A DNA stretch of 63,951 nt, counting the filler, from Octopus bimaculoides (Eukaryota): assembly GCF_001194135.2 (NCBI RefSeq). It is 6 parts of 6 records of this genome, joined end to end, with 100 filler letters (N's around TTAATTAATTAA, not from the genome) between each part and the next. Parts side by side here need not be neighbours in the genome. Positions count along the whole stretch, not along the records: positions 45,706 to 62,720 come from NC_068984.1; positions 62,821 to 63,951 come from NC_069000.1; 4 more parts are not named here. One strand, 5' to 3'. Both the position numbers and the translations under genes were made by a program. Numbering within the stretch: position 1 is the stretch's first letter; every line of letters begins with the position of its first letter. This document shows, piece after piece, positions 61,633 to 63,951 of this stretch. A model generated the notes under the pieces. It was given only the letters and a program-made list of their open reading frames with translations. It was not told where the DNA came from and ran no database searches.

Positions 61633-62720
61633 CATCATTTCTTAAGCAGTGAGACAAATCCAAGCGATCAAGTCCTCTCCCAAAAGTGCTTCTGCTTATG
61701 TAAAACATATTCTGATATTATTGTACTGAGAACAGTTTTATTTTTTTAGTTTCTGCCCGCATTCTTACCAGATATATCCTGTTTATTCTCCTCTTCCATT
61801 TGACATTGACTAAATATTGTTGAAAATAGAAAAGTAATCGTTTGGAGTAAAGCAGTTCCTTTCCTGCTAAAATATATGGAATACATAACGAAAAAGAAGC
61901 TTATGACACACACTCTCTTTCTCTCTCCCTTTCTTTCATGCACATATATACATCCATAATACATTCACGCACATATATGTATGTATATCAGGTCAGTCTT
62001 AGTGCCATTTGTATACGTGTAACCCAGTACAACCTGTTTTATGGCCGGCCCGTCGGCAACTAAAGTGGCGACCCTACTGTGCCTGTTTGGTAAGCAGGGT
62101 GGTTTTTCGATCGAGACTTTGCAGTACGAAAAACGAAACCTGTGAAAGAACAGATGAACTTTGTAGAATCAACAGCCATCGAACAGCTGGGAGTGAAAAA
62201 CCCCTTGTCTTTATTTAGATACCTTTCTAGGGAGGAGATATCTAAATAACCCCTTCGACTTCGTTTGCATCCAATGGTATGAACTTCTTCTTTCGGGGCA
62301 AATGAGTGGAATTGACTTTGTGCAAGGCCTTTCTTCATTTCAAAAAGCGTCTGGTATAGGTGTTGTTTGGTTTTTACATCTCTACTATGTGTTGCATACA
62401 ATGGTTGATCTTAGCTAAAAATGGCAAAACATGGAATTAAAAACTGCACAGAATGAAGGCATGTGTCAGTGTGGCTAGTAAGCTCTCTGGATCCCGATTG
62501 AAGAGGCACCTATTGCTGCCACCTCTATGCAAAATGTGTGGAGGTCTTTAGCAGGACTGAAAAAAATAGCACATCTATGCTGCTTAATTTAGAAGAAAAG
62601 GAAAGAGAAAAAACAGGAAAAAAAGAAGTGAAAGGTCTTTCAGTTTGCTTGTTTACAAGTATACATTTTTGTGTACGTATGGAAGTTTGTGTAGCTATAT
62701 ATATATATATATATATATAT

Positions 62721-62820
62721 NNNNNNNNNNNNNNNNNNNNNNNNNNNNNNNNNNNNNNNNNNNNTTAATTAATTAANNNNNNNNNNNNNNNNNNNNNNNN
62801 NNNNNNNNNNNNNNNNNNNN
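62721..62820. other. Assembly spacer N44-TTAATTAATTAA-N44 (artefact)
   Basis: 12-mer at 62765-62776. Confidence 0.95.
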
Positions 62821-62858
<38 letters not shown>

Positions 62859-62866
62859 ATATATAC

Positions 62867-62904
<38 letters not shown>

Positions 62905-62905
<1 letters not shown>

Positions 62906-63820
62906 AGCGATGGGAAAATCGTCGCCATTTTATACTTATAGCTTTGCGCATGCACATTGTTTGTTTTTGATTGTGTCAACTACACAGTATAATAGCGTCA
63001 GTTAGGCACTGTCTGTGAGAAAAGTCGTGACGCCGTTCCCTCTGGCAGAAATTTGGAAACGGCATGCCGTACTGCTTGGCTTTCGCGCCGAACCTCCTAT
63101 ACGAACATTTCAGAGTGTTTGGCTGTCAATCTGAGGACAGTGCAATCCAAGGACATGTACCATCCACTCAACATCATTGTGTTTGAAGTGATCACTAGTG
63201 AGTGCGAAATTATACCTCCATTCATGCTCCCACACAGTGTCAGACTCAACACAGAGGCCTACATCAAGTGCCTGGAGGAGGTAGTGCTTCTCTGGATCAA
63301 GAGAATGGTTGTTATGTCTGGCAACAGGACTCTGCACCATGCCACACAAGTAGAAAAATGCAGTGATGGCTGTCAGAAGATTTCTGACAGACAAGACCCA
63401 TTCAGACTATTTCTGCACCATGCCACACAAGCAGGAAAAAGCAGTTATGGCTGTCAGACGACATCACCCCTAACATCTGGCCATCTCACTACCTAGACTG
63501 CAACTCCCTTAATTATTATGTATGGGGCGCAGTTGAGCAAGGGAGCAACAAAACTCCTTGTAACACCAAAAATGAACTGAAGGTAAGGATTATGGCAGCA
63601 TTCACTAACTTAAACAAGGAAACCGTCCACAAGGGTTGCAGGAGATTGCGAAGTGTTCTGGAGGCAATAGTCTGAAGCCAATTGCGATTTTATTGAGTAG
63701 AGTTCCTCTTTCGTATTTCAAGATATTTTTATGTAATTTTGGTAAATATACCTGTTAAATTAAGATGTCAGTGCTATTTTCATTTTTGCGTAATTTACAC
63801 GACAGCTTATTCACTGTACA

Positions 63821-63823
<3 letters not shown>
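62905..63823 (+). mobile_element. Degenerate Tc1/mariner transposon (maT/DD37D-like)
   Basis: IIVFEVITS..RLNTEAYIKCLEEVVLLWIKR/YVWQQDSAPCHTS..ITPNIWP..DCNSLNYYVWGAVE..NKTPCNTKNELKVRIMAAFTNLNKETVHKGCRR; frameshifts and a large N-terminal deletion; ends at a (TA)n tract. Confidence 0.88.
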
Positions 63824-63869
<46 letters not shown>

Positions 63870-63951
63870 GAGGAGGACATCTTCTTGAATGAACGCGTGA
63901 TGTGTGTGGATGACTATTCCACAGATGCAACTATACTTGAAACTCAATCCT

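Overview
Eukaryotic, AT-rich, gap-riddled draft genomic DNA, not prokaryotic. The two dominant tRNA-derived SINE families and the very high microsatellite load point to a coleoid cephalopod, most likely Octopus (inference from repeat recognition). Five identical 100-bp spacers (N44-TTAATTAATTAA-N44) split the window into six pieces that may not be contiguous in the real genome: 1-23463, 23564-30743, 30844-39955, 40056-45605, 45706-62720 and 62821-63951. The only confidently identified host gene is two phase-compatible exons of an SLC4A11-like anion/borate transporter (+ strand, 26853-27060 and 28340-28424), stranded on the 7.2-kb second piece. The rest is mostly transposon debris: Penelope, RTE, CR1-like, Tx1/L1 and R4/Dong LINE remnants, hAT, mariner and maT transposase remnants, MITE/foldback elements, Helitron-like ends, SINEs and simple repeats. 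Most long ORFs in the supplied track are artefacts of N-runs or microsatellites. The most interesting signals not explained by the ORF track are two complete-looking type I hammerhead ribozyme folds (6541-6619 and 26010-26087, both +), a degenerate tandem pair of hammerhead-like motifs 344 bp apart (about 41.8-42.2 kb, -), a cluster of elements sitting in (TAA)n tracts at 58.6-61.7 kb, and a local inverted duplication of a CpG-decayed SINE upstream of the SLC4A11 exons. I found no CRISPR array, rRNA or bona fide tRNA gene.
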